Sequence record: NC_041869.1
Strand: one strand, 5' to 3'
Origin: Escherichia phage APECc02
Length of the DNA stretch: 64,000 nt
The notes below the pieces were generated by a model. That model saw nothing but the letters and a program-made list of their open reading frames with translations, was not told the DNA's origin and ran no database searches. Of the stretch, positions 36,331 through 45,985 are shown one piece after another (positions within the stretch are counted from its first letter, which is position 1; the number at the start of each line of letters is the position of its first letter). A program made the translations under genes and the position numbers.

Positions 36331-36744
36331 TCATAGTCTACCACCCCTGAACTCTTCGTGCTCAGGCATAATAGAGAACCAGATATCTACGATGTCTTCC
36401 CACGTCAGGTCATCAGCCTCAGGATCTACCTGGAGCGAAGATGAAGAATCTTCAGAATCGAAGTTTTCCTCTTGCACTGGCTCAGTCAAGGGACATATAG
36501 TCACTCCTTTGGATGTCTCTTCAGATGCATGTGTGTTTATCATGTTCCACCCGTGAGTATTCCGGCAACAGCCACTATGGACGTAATGATCATCAGGATC
36601 ACCACCAAAACCTCTGACAATGTTTTCATTGTGTATCCCATATTCTCCAAACGATGTGTGGATACTATCACTGGATCGGTAATGTGTCAACAGAAACGCC
36701 GCGAGGGTTTGGTTAAAATCCGAGCGTATGGTGATTTGGGTCAA
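36331..36744 (-). CDS. hypothetical acidic protein
   Basis: 137-aa ORF co-directional with neighbours; overlaps plus-strand shadow ORFs. Confidence 0.4.
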   Translation of the reverse strand: MTQITIRSDFNQTLAAFLLTHYRSSDSIHTSFGEYGIHNENIVRGFGGDPDDHYVHSGCCRNTHGWNMINTHASEETSKGVTICPLTEPVQEENFDSEDSSSSLQVDPEADDLTWEDIVDIWFSIMPEHEEFRGGRL

Positions 36745-36903
36745 AACGGACGTGCGTTCTCGCTACGCTCGAAATATGGAGTTGTTTGTAGGGAGCTCTT
36801 AAACGCTCTGTAATGAAATTAACTACCCAAGGTATGCAATCGTGCACCAGACAAAGAAAAGGACGCCACAGAGCGTCCTAGGTGTCTTAAATTTGATATT
36901 TTG

Positions 36904-37203
36904 CTATACCCACGAGGGCTTATCAAGGTTGGAGTAGCTGAAAGGTGTCAAAAGGTGACTGTCAAAATCTCTCAAACTATCCAAATCTTTTTCCTCGTCC
37001 TGACACCATCTGTGCCTACATTTGTTGTTGTAGTGCATGGAATGCATAGCGTTCTGCAACTTAACAGGCACAAGTGATTCAGGAGTAGATAGTATTGTTG
37101 GGTATGCCAGAACCACCTCAAACAGTGGAAACACATCGAAACTAAAGTCTACCTCTGCAGAGGTTGATGGCATATAGGAGTATTTAGCCGCCTTTGTAGA
37201 CAT
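36904..37203 (-). CDS. hypothetical protein
   Basis: ATG with GAGGTGG RBS; track ORF 36904..37215 trimmed. Confidence 0.45.
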   Translation of the reverse strand: MSTKAAKYSYMPSTSAEVDFSFDVFPLFEVVLAYPTILSTPESLVPVKLQNAMHSMHYNNKCRHRWCQDEEKDLDSLRDFDSHLLTPFSYSNLDKPSWV

Positions 37204-37211
37204 AATCCACC

Positions 37212-37544
37212 TCACACAGGTTTGATAATACCTTCACCGAATAGCTCTTCGTATCTAATCTTGTCCGGATCCCACTCCTGTATAATTTCGAAGACAATAT
37301 CCAACCCAGGAACAATCACTTCTCCAGTGTCAAGCTTAGCAAGAACAAAACCGGAAGGTTGAATGGTTTCCCAGTTACGGCGATCAGAATAAAATACTTC
37401 GAAAATATCACCAACCTCAATCCGTTTCTGTTGCTCAAGATGCTGAAGGTTCTCTTTCATACGGATGCAGCGTATTTTTCGTGCAGGCCATAGACCACCT
37501 GCATCACGTTCATTCAATTCTTTTACAGTGATCGGTATACCCAT
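37212..37544 (-). CDS. hypothetical protein
   Basis: 110-aa ORF with GAAGGAGA RBS. Confidence 0.5.
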   Translation of the reverse strand: MGIPITVKELNERDAGGLWPARKIRCIRMKENLQHLEQQKRIEVGDIFEVFYSDRRNWETIQPSGFVLAKLDTGEVIVPGLDIVFEIIQEWDPDKIRYEELFGEGIIKPV

Positions 37545-37561
37545 CTCAAGTCTCCTTCATG

Positions 37562-37595
37562 GATAGTAAAAAGAGGGGCCTAAGCCCCCCCTCTT
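37562..37595 (-). terminator. putative rho-independent terminator (minus strand)
   Basis: 8-bp stem AAGAGGGG/CCCCTCTT followed on the minus strand by TTTACTAT. Confidence 0.45.
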
Positions 37596-37600
37596 TGTCA

Positions 37601-37906
37601 TTATTCTACAGAGCGTTTGAACAGAATGTCTGCCTCAGACATGTGCTCAACCTCTTCTTCGATTTTAGCTCGACGTTTTTCAGCCTCATATCGAATATCG
37701 AACTCGGTAGCCACCAGAGATTTGATGAATTTAGGAGAATACAGATGATCCTGCTTCTCAACAAGAATGATATCCTTGATGGCATCTTTCAAATCTTTAA
37801 TCTGAAGCTGGAGTTCCACCAGTTCTTCAATTGTTTTGCGAAGGCGATCACGTTCTGCAGTGTCAGAAGGAAGAGAGGTGAACAGTTCAACTTTAGATTT
37901 AGCCAT
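37601..37906 (-). CDS. hypothetical coiled-coil protein
   Basis: 101 aa, heptad-like charged sequence. Confidence 0.5.
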   Translation of the reverse strand: MAKSKVELFTSLPSDTAERDRLRKTIEELVELQLQIKDLKDAIKDIILVEKQDHLYSPKFIKSLVATEFDIRYEAEKRRAKIEEEVEHMSEADILFKRSVE

Positions 37907-37934
37907 AGTAAGAGTCTCCTTATGTTGTTTTAAA

Positions 37935-38186
37935 TTAACGTTCTACAAAAATACCGTTCAGTTCAATAACCAGGAATTTCTGGTCTTCACTATCGTCTCG
38001 TGCCAGCACCTCACAGACGTATCGGTCATCCCCATCATCATCGCAGTCAAATACAAGACTGAGGACTTTATCATGATAAACCTTCGCCACTACCGCCTCG
38101 TAAGTATTGCCGATTGTGAATCCAAGATAATCTCCAATGCATTTGACAACAACATGATCACCAGCATTCAAGTCAATCTTCGTCAT
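37935..38186 (-). CDS. hypothetical acidic protein
   Basis: ATG after AAGGAG; track ORF 37935..38252 trimmed. Confidence 0.5.
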   Translation of the reverse strand: MTKIDLNAGDHVVVKCIGDYLGFTIGNTYEAVVAKVYHDKVLSLVFDCDDDGDDRYVCEVLARDDSEDQKFLVIELNGIFVER

Positions 38187-38341
38187 TACTGCGCTCCTTG
38201 GGTAATAATACTGTATGTAAAACTTTAACCAGAGATGTGAATAACGCCCCAAAACACACCGATAGCGCTAAAACAGACAAGGCCATCATTAAAGCTTCAG
38301 TAAAATCAGTCACTCCTCACCTCTTGTTAGTCACTATACTG

Positions 38342-38605
38342 TCATTTATCCTTGCCGTCAAGAACTTTTTTAAATCTTTCAGGGATATCGCCTGTTCTTA
38401 GATAGCTCATGACCTCACAAGGTTCCCACTTGAATTTCTTACAAAGCAGGGCGGCTGAGATTGTTTCATTGCGAAAAGAAAGGATATTAATATCCCATTC
38501 TGAGAATCCCAACTTCCGAAGGGTAGCTACAGAAATCCTCACCGCAACCCAGCAGCAAAAACATGCAACAAACGCCACTGCTATAACCCACATCAGGATG
38601 TTCAT
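38342..38605 (-). CDS. hypothetical membrane protein
   Basis: N-terminal TM helix MNILMWVIAVAFVACFCCWVAV. Confidence 0.5.
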   Translation of the reverse strand: MNILMWVIAVAFVACFCCWVAVRISVATLRKLGFSEWDINILSFRNETISAALLCKKFKWEPCEVMSYLRTGDIPERFKKVLDGKDK

Positions 38606-38694
38606 ACAAGCACCTCACTGAAATACAAGACACAGTGTTAAGGTTACAGACCAGCAAATAATTAACAGTGCCGTTGCAACCTTGGCAAGATTTA

Positions 38695-38982
38695 TCATAG
38701 TGCCTCTAAGATTTCATATCCTTCGGGTCGGAATACAAGCCACTCCGTGGCTCCGTTTGGTCGATACGCTTTATACAGAACAACCTGATCTCGGCACATG
38801 CACATAGCTACATAGTTTTCATCCACACCTGCAGCCTGCATTGCAGCTTCTTCTCCGGCAACTGCTTTGCTTACAACCTCCTTAGTAGGCAAGTGTGCGA
38901 TCAGCTCGTCACCATCCTTAATTCCAAAATGGCTGAGTTCTCCATTGGTATCTTTAATCTTAATCTTAACCAAATCTTTCAT
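38695..38982 (-). CDS. hypothetical protein
   Basis: 95-aa ORF. Confidence 0.5.
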   Translation of the reverse strand: MKDLVKIKIKDTNGELSHFGIKDGDELIAHLPTKEVVSKAVAGEEAAMQAAGVDENYVAMCMCRDQVVLYKAYRPNGATEWLVFRPEGYEILEAL

Positions 38983-39311
38983 TAGTCTTCCTCCAGGTTC
39001 AAAGGTCCTAAGATTTCATATGCCAGATTAGAAGTTACCAGAGGGTCTTCTGCATCTTTAGTATTATACCACCCGTGAATAACCAGAGTCCCACTTTGTT
39101 TCATGTCCAACTGTAACTCTTCTGCCGTTTCCTCATCCAGCTCCAAGATTTCCATAAGGTATTTGATGTTAGGAAGGTATGCAGCTGTTACAGTTCCCTC
39201 CACCAAACCTTCGGGCCAACCTACATCTGGATGACAAGTAGGAACCAGGTTGGTCAGCTTAATGGTGTACGCTTTTTCTGCACGAGCCTTCAGTAACGGG
39301 TCAATCTTCAT
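38982..39311 (-). CDS. hypothetical acidic protein
   Basis: 109-aa ORF, overlapping stop/start. Confidence 0.5.
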   Translation of the reverse strand: MKIDPLLKARAEKAYTIKLTNLVPTCHPDVGWPEGLVEGTVTAAYLPNIKYLMEILELDEETAEELQLDMKQSGTLVIHGWYNTKDAEDPLVTSNLAYEILGPLNLEED

Positions 39312-39661
39312 TATTCGTCCTCCTCTTCGGTGCCTGCTTCCAGTAATAAGTTAAGAATATCTTCTGCACAAGGCTCATAGAACTCTTGGCCTTCATTATC
39401 GATGATTTTGTAGTCATCTCCGCGAATAATCAGAGGATCACTCTCAAAATTATCGAGACCTTTAACAACGACAACACGATCGATTGCCATCATTGTAAGA
39501 ACTTTATCGACATCTTCCTCTGCTACACCATACTGCAGCAGAATGTCTTTGGTAGGAGGAACAGCATCCACCACAACACCGTTACCAAAACCTTCCGGTA
39601 AGTTAGCTAAAATATCTTCCGGAACCACACTAACATCAAAACCAGTAATTTCTACTTTCAT
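39311..39661 (-). CDS. hypothetical acidic protein
   Basis: 116 aa, C-terminal EAGTEEEDE. Confidence 0.5.
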   Translation of the reverse strand: MKVEITGFDVSVVPEDILANLPEGFGNGVVVDAVPPTKDILLQYGVAEEDVDKVLTMMAIDRVVVVKGLDNFESDPLIIRGDDYKIIDNEGQEFYEPCAEDILNLLLEAGTEEEDE

Positions 39662-39922
39662 TTACAGCACCTCTTCGTCAACTACTTCATAAAAATGGCC
39701 TGGGATTGCAATAGCGTTCTCACCTTCACCTACAAACACAGTTCCGTCAAGAATCAACATCATAAGAGTTTCTGGAATATCCTCTTCCTGAACGTTGCCA
39801 AAACCTTTAATCAGCTCGTAGGTTGGAAGATTTACCTCTAAGATGTCACCATCTTTAGAGCGGAAATCAACACCATCCTGAATCTCTGCCATTTCAAGGT
39901 TTTTCAGTTTAATCTTCATCAA
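39662..39922 (-). CDS. hypothetical acidic protein
   Basis: 86 aa, MMKIKL N-terminus, acidic C-terminus. Confidence 0.5.
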   Translation of the reverse strand: MMKIKLKNLEMAEIQDGVDFRSKDGDILEVNLPTYELIKGFGNVQEEDIPETLMMLILDGTVFVGEGENAIAIPGHFYEVVDEEVL

Positions 39923-39998
39923 TCAGTCTCCCGTCTTGTTAAGATGAAGGTATTATTTCACACAGGGTTGGTGTTGTCAACACCTGTGTGCAAGAAAA

Positions 39999-40394
39999 TT
40001 ACTGAAACAGTGCGGATAAATTACCTTCTGGTGGGAACTTATCTGCCAAAAACGGTGTTAGCACAGTAGCCTTCTGAAGATCTGGGGTCCACTCGTTGTT
40101 CAGAACATCCCAGTAGTACGCAATGTTGCTGTGTGGGTGCCGCATTACGAACTTTTTCCCTTCGTAGTCATCTGAAACCTCTACAGAAGAAATAACAACA
40201 GAATCTTCAAGGGTTTCTTCATAGAAAGATCCGCCTTCAAATTTCCAACGAGATGCAAGAGCCCCTGCCTTGAACGCTGCAGATAACGGACTGTCGGCAA
40301 GAACATACATTTCTTGCACTCTGTCGCTGCGATCTTTGCTTCTTACGTTGTATACAGTATCTGAGCTATACTCAACACGGTATAGGCTTACCAT
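39999..40394 (-). CDS. hypothetical protein (paralog of 42202..42612)
   Basis: shares V..HP.S....YW......WTP motif with 42202..42612. Confidence 0.55.
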   Translation of the reverse strand: MVSLYRVEYSSDTVYNVRSKDRSDRVQEMYVLADSPLSAAFKAGALASRWKFEGGSFYEETLEDSVVISSVEVSDDYEGKKFVMRHPHSNIAYYWDVLNNEWTPDLQKATVLTPFLADKFPPEGNLSALFQ

Positions 40395-40726
40395 TACCGC
40401 ACCTCCTCAATAACTTCCACATCTGAACCCACCACAAATGCAAAAGGACAGGTTTCATGAAAGACATCCGGATCGCCGCCAAGCTTGCTAACAATTTCTC
40501 CACCACTAATAAACACAAGCTCACCGATATTCATCAGATTGCTGAAATAGTATCCATAATGATTAAAGAATGCAGCAGGGTCAGGTAGACTAGTGGCCTC
40601 AAGCACTACATCGGTTGAGGTTACTTTCTTATCATAGCCTCTCGCCTTCTGAGATGCAAGATCTGCAGAATCCTCAGGCGACCGGAGATGCACAGGAATT
40701 GTTTCACCAATAAAGCGTACTTTCAT
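40394..40726 (-). CDS. hypothetical acidic protein, MKVK-family paralog
   Basis: likely ATG start giving MKVRFIGE (track start 40753 is TTG); VGSDVEVIEE tail. Confidence 0.5.
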   Translation of the reverse strand: MKVRFIGETIPVHLRSPEDSADLASQKARGYDKKVTSTDVVLEATSLPDPAAFFNHYGYYFSNLMNIGELVFISGGEIVSKLGGDPDVFHETCPFAFVVGSDVEVIEEVR

Positions 40727-40730
40727 ATTA

Positions 40731-40994
40731 TCACCCAACAACCATAGCTTCAAAAGGGGTCATGAACGAATAAACGGCATCATCATCTGCTTCAGGGAAT
40801 GCTCCCAAAGACTTCATGTCTGAGCCCTTGACAAATACAAGGTTTTGATCAAAGGCTTCTTGGGGGTCAATCCGATACATATCTCGTAGGATATCACTTA
40901 CCTCCTCATCAAGAGGTGAGTATGCTGTGCACGTTTTTCCGATCAAGCTTTGAGAATCAGGGTATCCACCTGAAGTTTTAAAATAAACAATCAT
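40731..40994 (-). CDS. hypothetical acidic protein, MKVK-family-related
   Basis: VFVKGSDMKSLGA resembles the G.DL(I/L)AAGA core of the family. Confidence 0.5.
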   Translation of the reverse strand: MIVYFKTSGGYPDSQSLIGKTCTAYSPLDEEVSDILRDMYRIDPQEAFDQNLVFVKGSDMKSLGAFPEADDDAVYSFMTPFEAMVVG

Positions 40995-41085
40995 ATAGTA
41001 TCACCTCTGGTAAGAGATTGGGATTCCTTTCCCACAAATAATTACAAACCTTCCTTGTCGAGGAAGTATGCTAATCCAAGCAGGA

Positions 41086-41355
41086 TTATTCCTCTACAAT
41101 CTCATACACATCCGGAGTTACAATCAACTCTTCTCCGTTACCCGGTGCAACAAACACCACCATTCCTTCAGGTGTGTGCTTTTTAGCCATCTCGATAACA
41201 TCTTCTCGCAGAGCTGGCTCCATCAGATCAAAACCTTCACCAAGGGCATCACGAACCACCTTCATATAGTCAACTGGTTGTGCTTCGACAATCATGCCTT
41301 CAACCAGTCCACAATTTTTGTCTGCCAGCTCAGTTTGGAATAATTTAATTTTCAT
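41086..41355 (-). CDS. hypothetical acidic protein
   Basis: MKIKLF start, YEIVEE end. Confidence 0.5.
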   Translation of the reverse strand: MKIKLFQTELADKNCGLVEGMIVEAQPVDYMKVVRDALGEGFDLMEPALREDVIEMAKKHTPEGMVVFVAPGNGEELIVTPDVYEIVEE

Positions 41356-41505
41356 TTAGAGGTCTCCTCAATTATTTGATATTAATAGCCGTAACCTAAC
41401 ACATTAACTACAACTGCGATTGCAAACATAATTTCAAAGCATGCAATCTCTACATTTGGGACTAATTTCTTAATCACACCCATTGTAGCACCTCATTCTC
41501 CAAAG

Positions 41506-41811
41506 TCAATCTTTACTTTGCCTCTCCCCCTTACCTTTCTTTCTACCGCACTTAGCCAGTTGACGTGCTGCAACATCTACCATACGGTCAGTTGCCTCGT
41601 AAGCATCACTGCCTTTAGCTTTGGCAATAACTTCTTTTCCAGAATTGTCAAAAATGAACGCCATAACTTCCTGGTGATCATTTTCAACTTTTACACTCAC
41701 ACGTGCATAGTTGGCAGAGGGGTGCAAACGCTCCAGCTTAGACATTTTGTTGGAAATGAAAGACACCATACCTTCAGTGATTTCTACGTTGCCAGTGATT
41801 TCAATTTGCAT
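41506..41811 (-). CDS. ribosome hibernation promoting factor / RaiA (YfiA) family protein
   Basis: MQIEITGNVEITEGMVSFISNKMSKLERL ... VSVKVEN ... NSGKEVIAKAKGSDAYEATDRMVDVAARQLAK aligns along its length with bacterial HPF (MQLNITG.NVEITEAL...KL...VKVEK...G.E..A.A.G.DMY.A.D...DKLARQL.K). Confidence 0.7.
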   Translation of the reverse strand: MQIEITGNVEITEGMVSFISNKMSKLERLHPSANYARVSVKVENDHQEVMAFIFDNSGKEVIAKAKGSDAYEATDRMVDVAARQLAKCGRKKGKGERQSKD

Positions 41812-41893
41812 AACGTGTTCCTTTTAAAGAAGAGGGGACCAAACCCTCTTTGAAAACAATGATACTAAATCTGAAGCGTTGTGTCAACAGTTT

Positions 41894-42184
41894 TTACAGA
41901 TTGTTGTCGATAGTTTTTAAAATATCCACAGCAAGATCTGCCATTTTTCGAACATACTCTGCAAACTCAACAGGATCCTTGATCAAAGAATTCACAGGGT
42001 CGTACCCTAGAGCGTTCAAAATGGTTGCAGCATCTACAACCTTCTCATCATTTGCGAAGATCTCTCCGTCAAACTTGTAGGTCCATTTTGAGTCAACCTT
42101 AGCAGAGCAGGGTTTGTCCATGCTTGTTACACCATCGTCTTTAAACTCTCCTGCGTTATCAATATTCAGAACTAAATCCATCAT
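41894..42184 (-). CDS. hypothetical acidic protein
   Basis: 96-aa ORF. Confidence 0.5.
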   Translation of the reverse strand: MMDLVLNIDNAGEFKDDGVTSMDKPCSAKVDSKWTYKFDGEIFANDEKVVDAATILNALGYDPVNSLIKDPVEFAEYVRKMADLAVDILKTIDNNL

Positions 42185-42201
42185 AGTGGCACCTCACTGT
42201 T

Positions 42202-42612
42202 TCAGTTTAGCTTTTCTTCAACAACCCCATAACTTGGGGCAGAGTCAAGAGCTTTCTGGTTTAAAAGTGGTGTAGCAGAATCTGCAAACGGTGTCCAAGT
42301 TTTTGTTCTGGCATTCCAGTAATGCTTCACTCTAGAATCTGGGTGCACTATAACAAAAACTTTTTCACTTGTCAACACATTAATTTCTTCCACACCTTTG
42401 CTGATAATTTCTCCGTCATATCCCCCGGTCTGGTATCCTTCGTACCAGGTTCTTGCATAGGCATAGCCAGCCTGCCAGCATGCAGCCTCCTCCGAGGTGG
42501 AGACTACGTAGAAGTCTTTCTCAAATTCTGGGATACGCCCTTGCTTTACGCTCCAAGCTCCGCGAATTTTCATTGTAACTTTGAACAGTTTATTTTTCAC
42601 AACGGTTACCAA
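42202..42612 (-). CDS. hypothetical protein (paralog of 39999..40394)
   Basis: VIVHPDSRVKHYWNARTKTWTP motif shared with 39999..40394. Confidence 0.55.
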   Translation of the reverse strand: MVTVVKNKLFKVTMKIRGAWSVKQGRIPEFEKDFYVVSTSEEAACWQAGYAYARTWYEGYQTGGYDGEIISKGVEEINVLTSEKVFVIVHPDSRVKHYWNARTKTWTPFADSATPLLNQKALDSAPSYGVVEEKLN

Positions 42613-42867
42613 TCACAGCTCTACAATATCTGCATCTGACCCTGCCCCAAAGGCATAATAGGACTCTTCCCCGAAATAATATTCCGGTGCACCAGCAGCG
42701 ATCAGGTCTGATCCCAAGATAAACACCACGTTGTGGCCTACATAACTGTGATGTTGCCGCACAGGATCATCCCACGGCAACCCTTCAAAGTATACCGCAG
42801 GAACGACCTTTCCCTTCAGGAAGGATTGTCCCAAGTAGACGTTAGAATCAAGAATTTTAACCTTCAT
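42613..42867 (-). CDS. hypothetical acidic protein, MKVK-family paralog
   Basis: MKVKILD ... GSDLIAAGA ... DADIVEL. Confidence 0.55.
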   Translation of the reverse strand: MKVKILDSNVYLGQSFLKGKVVPAVYFEGLPWDDPVRQHHSYVGHNVVFILGSDLIAAGAPEYYFGEESYYAFGAGSDADIVEL

Positions 42868-43084
42868 GATCGTCCTCCACTATCTCTACATCCTCACCAA
42901 GGGCAAAGTTGTAGGTCCACTGACTGTCAAAGCAGTCCTGAGATGCACCAGCGGCAATAAGATCTGCACCTTTTATTTTTAAAAGGTCAGGATAATCTTC
43001 GTTAGGGATAGCGGTAAACACTTTCCCCACTAAGGGCTCCTGACCAATATAGAAGCTTGAATCTAAAACTTTAACTTTCATCAA
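42857..43084 (-). CDS. hypothetical acidic protein, MKVK-family paralog
   Basis: MMKVKVLD ... GADLIAAGA ... EDVEIVEDD. Confidence 0.55.
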   Translation of the reverse strand: MMKVKVLDSSFYIGQEPLVGKVFTAIPNEDYPDLLKIKGADLIAAGASQDCFDSQWTYNFALGEDVEIVEDDHEG

Positions 43085-43368
43085 CGGTCTCCCTCAGGCG
43101 GTTGTGGGACGTAAACACTGTTACGAATATCGTCAGCAGTGTAGTAATAAGTGGTTCCAACCCTGTCTCGGGCTGCAATGTACTCTGCTATACCAATAAG
43201 TGCCATTGATTTGGTGGCGTATCTTCCCAACTCGTTAGCTCCCCAGTAGAATTTAGACCAGTAGGGAATAAGACCGAACAAATATACCTTTTGACGAACT
43301 TCCCAGTAAGTGCCTTTTCCGACAAGTTTAAACTCTACTTCACTACTGTTAATCTTTTTCATTATCAA
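43081..43368 (-). CDS. hypothetical protein
   Basis: 95-aa ORF. Confidence 0.5.
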   Translation of the reverse strand: MIMKKINSSEVEFKLVGKGTYWEVRQKVYLFGLIPYWSKFYWGANELGRYATKSMALIGIAEYIAARDRVGTTYYYTADDIRNSVYVPQPPEGDR

Positions 43369-43661
43369 TCTCCCTCTACCGTGGTCGGATTGTCAGTAAG
43401 AAATTGAGCATTGGCTGGAGGCACGCCTGACATTTTCCACACAACCATAAGTTTGTAACCAGGCACTCTATTAAGTGCAGATCGAGTAGAGTTTGTGCAC
43501 GTATACTTTCGCTTTCCAAACCCGTTCTCCATCATAATCCAGTACCCAGTATCTTTGTCACCAGGTATCGGTAGACCACCTTCATCAACCCACTGAATGG
43601 ACCACGGCACGATGGCTACAGCTTTATATTTAAACTTTTTAAACCACTCAAAAAGTTTCAT
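43365..43661 (-). CDS. hypothetical protein
   Basis: 98-aa ORF. Confidence 0.5.
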   Translation of the reverse strand: MKLFEWFKKFKYKAVAIVPWSIQWVDEGGLPIPGDKDTGYWIMMENGFGKRKYTCTNSTRSALNRVPGYKLMVVWKMSGVPPANAQFLTDNPTTVEGD

Positions 43662-43756
43662 AATTCAGCCTCGCATAGACATAATCACTATAAACAGGCA
43701 AACAATGAATCCGAATGCCACGCCACCCATAAACGTTAATATTGATGCAATCATAG

Positions 43757-43942
43757 TCAATCAGCCTCGCTTGGCAACTCTTCTACCTTAACATGCCGAA
43801 AAGTGTTACCGTAATGGTTGATCCATGACATCAGCTCGCTTTCTTGCTCTTCCTCTGGGATGAACTCTCGAATGCTGACAAGTTTTAAGAAAACCCAATC
43901 ACAATCTGCACCCATTCTACCAGACAGGCAATAGTGCTTCAT
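43757..43942 (-). CDS. hypothetical protein
   Basis: 61-aa ORF. Confidence 0.4.
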   Translation of the reverse strand: MKHYCLSGRMGADCDWVFLKLVSIREFIPEEEQESELMSWINHYGNTFRHVKVEELPSEAD

Positions 43943-43960
43943 AAAACCCTCCCGCCTGGT

Positions 43961-44155
43961 TTAGAATATTGCTTCTTCCATTGCGCCTGAGAGCAACAAA
44001 GAGGTGATCTGGCTAACATTCATCTCAGACTCTACTTCCTCCCCTTTGAAAGGTTCGCGGCAGAATAGGACTGTTTCAGGACTTTTACTTCGAACAATAT
44101 AATACAAATCATTCAATGTGTTGTAGTAATAAGTGTTAAAACGTAAGTTTTTCAT
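43961..44155 (-). CDS. hypothetical protein
   Basis: 64-aa ORF. Confidence 0.45.
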   Translation of the reverse strand: MKNLRFNTYYYNTLNDLYYIVRSKSPETVLFCREPFKGEEVESEMNVSQITSLLLSGAMEEAIF

Positions 44156-44439
44156 TTTCTAGTCCTCTTCTTAGATTTTTGGGGAGAAACGCTTTCTGCA
44201 ATACGAGACAGACGTTCTTCTGAAGCCTTACCTACTCCAGGTTTTTTGAGTGGATTATCTTTATGACCACAATCCAACTGGATATTGGATACCTCTCCAA
44301 CTTTGTAAGTCAATTCTAGCAAAAGGTTGTCGTCCTTGTCAAATGTTTTTACGATAAATTTTTTATCGTTCTCCTGAACTTCATATCTGGTACCTGCAGT
44401 ATACAGCATGGTGCCATCAGCATAGGATATCCAGATCAT
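44152..44439 (-). CDS. hypothetical protein
   Basis: 95-aa ORF with basic C-terminus. Confidence 0.5.
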   Translation of the reverse strand: MIWISYADGTMLYTAGTRYEVQENDKKFIVKTFDKDDNLLLELTYKVGEVSNIQLDCGHKDNPLKKPGVGKASEERLSRIAESVSPQKSKKRTRK

Positions 44440-44783
44440 TGAGCCTCCTTTTGCTGCAACAGCATTAACTCTTTGTTAGAGATCTTTACTGCTGTTTTTA
44501 TTGTTCCATCTTCACGAAACCACGACCAGAACTCTACAGTGTCACCACTATCAAGTAAAGCATGCCCATGGTAAAAATCTTTGTCCTTAGACAGTTTCTC
44601 ATCTATATCTGCATCAACACATTCGTGATCCATAGCATTTTGCCTGAACGCATCGGTTATGCCAATGCACGCCTTGCTCTCAAGACTGGTATATCCGATA
44701 TCTTTTAATTCAGTTTCCCAAGTCCAGTACCCTATAAAAGCTAAAACAGCTACCCACAGTAATAACGTTTTAATCTTTGGCAT
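44436..44783 (-). CDS. hypothetical protein with N-terminal signal/anchor
   Basis: N-terminal hydrophobic segment LLLWVAVLAFIGYWTW. Confidence 0.5.
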   Translation of the reverse strand: MPKIKTLLLWVAVLAFIGYWTWETELKDIGYTSLESKACIGITDAFRQNAMDHECVDADIDEKLSKDKDFYHGHALLDSGDTVEFWSWFREDGTIKTAVKISNKELMLLQQKEAQ

Positions 44784-44845
44784 TCTCTCTACCTCTTTCT
44801 TAGTTTATTTCACTATGGCACATCCTTTGTGCCATATCTCAACTA

Positions 44846-45316
44846 CTACTTAAATAGTAGTTCAAAATAGTGCAAAATTAACAGAAGTTGAACTACACCT
44901 AGTGCAACGGCAAGTATGTTAATCTTAGAATCGAAAAACTTCTTAACTTTTACTCTAAAAGGTTCCTTAATGTCCTTTACGATCCTATCTATAGATGACC
45001 TCATATCTCTGATTACCATCCTGAACATTAAAGACGGATGCTCCCCCATCTCTGTAACGGAATCGAAAACATACTCTCTTCGGTCATAAGGGCCGCCAGC
45101 TCTGCGTATTAACCTCTCCACAGAGACCTCGAACGTCACACCTGTAACGTAATCATCTATAACAAGTCGTGACGGGTCTTTACCTTTACTATCAAGAGGT
45201 ATCAAAGTTATCTTTCCAGATTTTGTTAAAATTTCCCCTTTTTCAAGCAAGGTGTACCAATGCTCTCTGCCAAGACTGTTGAGGCACGTTTTTACATATT
45301 TAACAAACATCGTCAC
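44846..45316 (-). CDS. hypothetical protein with C-terminal TM helix
   Basis: 156 aa; C-terminal ILAVALGVVQLLLILHYF. Confidence 0.5.
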   Translation of the reverse strand: MTMFVKYVKTCLNSLGREHWYTLLEKGEILTKSGKITLIPLDSKGKDPSRLVIDDYVTGVTFEVSVERLIRRAGGPYDRREYVFDSVTEMGEHPSLMFRMVIRDMRSSIDRIVKDIKEPFRVKVKKFFDSKINILAVALGVVQLLLILHYFELLFK

Positions 45317-45718
45317 CCCTCATCGCACGTCTGATATAACCACTCTATAAAATCTTGATACCATTCGCCCTCTGAGCGCTCCGTAGGCCAATAATCTTCA
45401 CCCTCTCGTGCATTAAAATCTGAGTATTCAACTTTCCACTCCTTTACCAGCTCGTGGAGAAGGTTTTCAGCCTGCTCTAAAGATTTATTTTTTTACCATT
45501 GCTGTCTCCTTTTTCAAGATAGTTATACATCAGAACTGCACCACCTAAGATGGCTACCAGTAACAATACCCCAGATAGCATCTCAATAAACATGGCTTGA
45601 AACACTGGAAGGCCTCCCTAAATTAACGCACCATTTTAAATACATGCTCTTTTCCCATAAAGGTGCCTGGCTAAGATCTGCGTAGAACGCAATCTCTTTA
45701 AGAACAGTATAAACAGTT

Positions 45719-45955
45719 TTAGGTGCGGTCTCCATCCCTACCCTCCTTTTTCTCCTTACGGATATTCTTGTAGTAATCAACCAAGCACATTATCACGATG
45801 AAGATAACAACAGGCCAAAAAGGTGCAGCAGTGATGATGGTGATAAAATCATCAAACTTCACCCTTCGTCTGGACACGATGCATACACCTGTCAAGAATA
45901 CCGCTGTTATAACGGACATTACCAGGTAACCTATTAGCACAACATTTATACTCAT
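45719..45955 (-). CDS. hypothetical membrane protein
   Basis: 78 aa, two hydrophobic helices. Confidence 0.45.
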   Translation of the reverse strand: MSINVVLIGYLVMSVITAVFLTGVCIVSRRRVKFDDFITIITAAPFWPVVIFIVIMCLVDYYKNIRKEKKEGRDGDRT

Positions 45956-45985
45956 TGGTCCTCCCTTTGTAGGTTAAATTGTATA

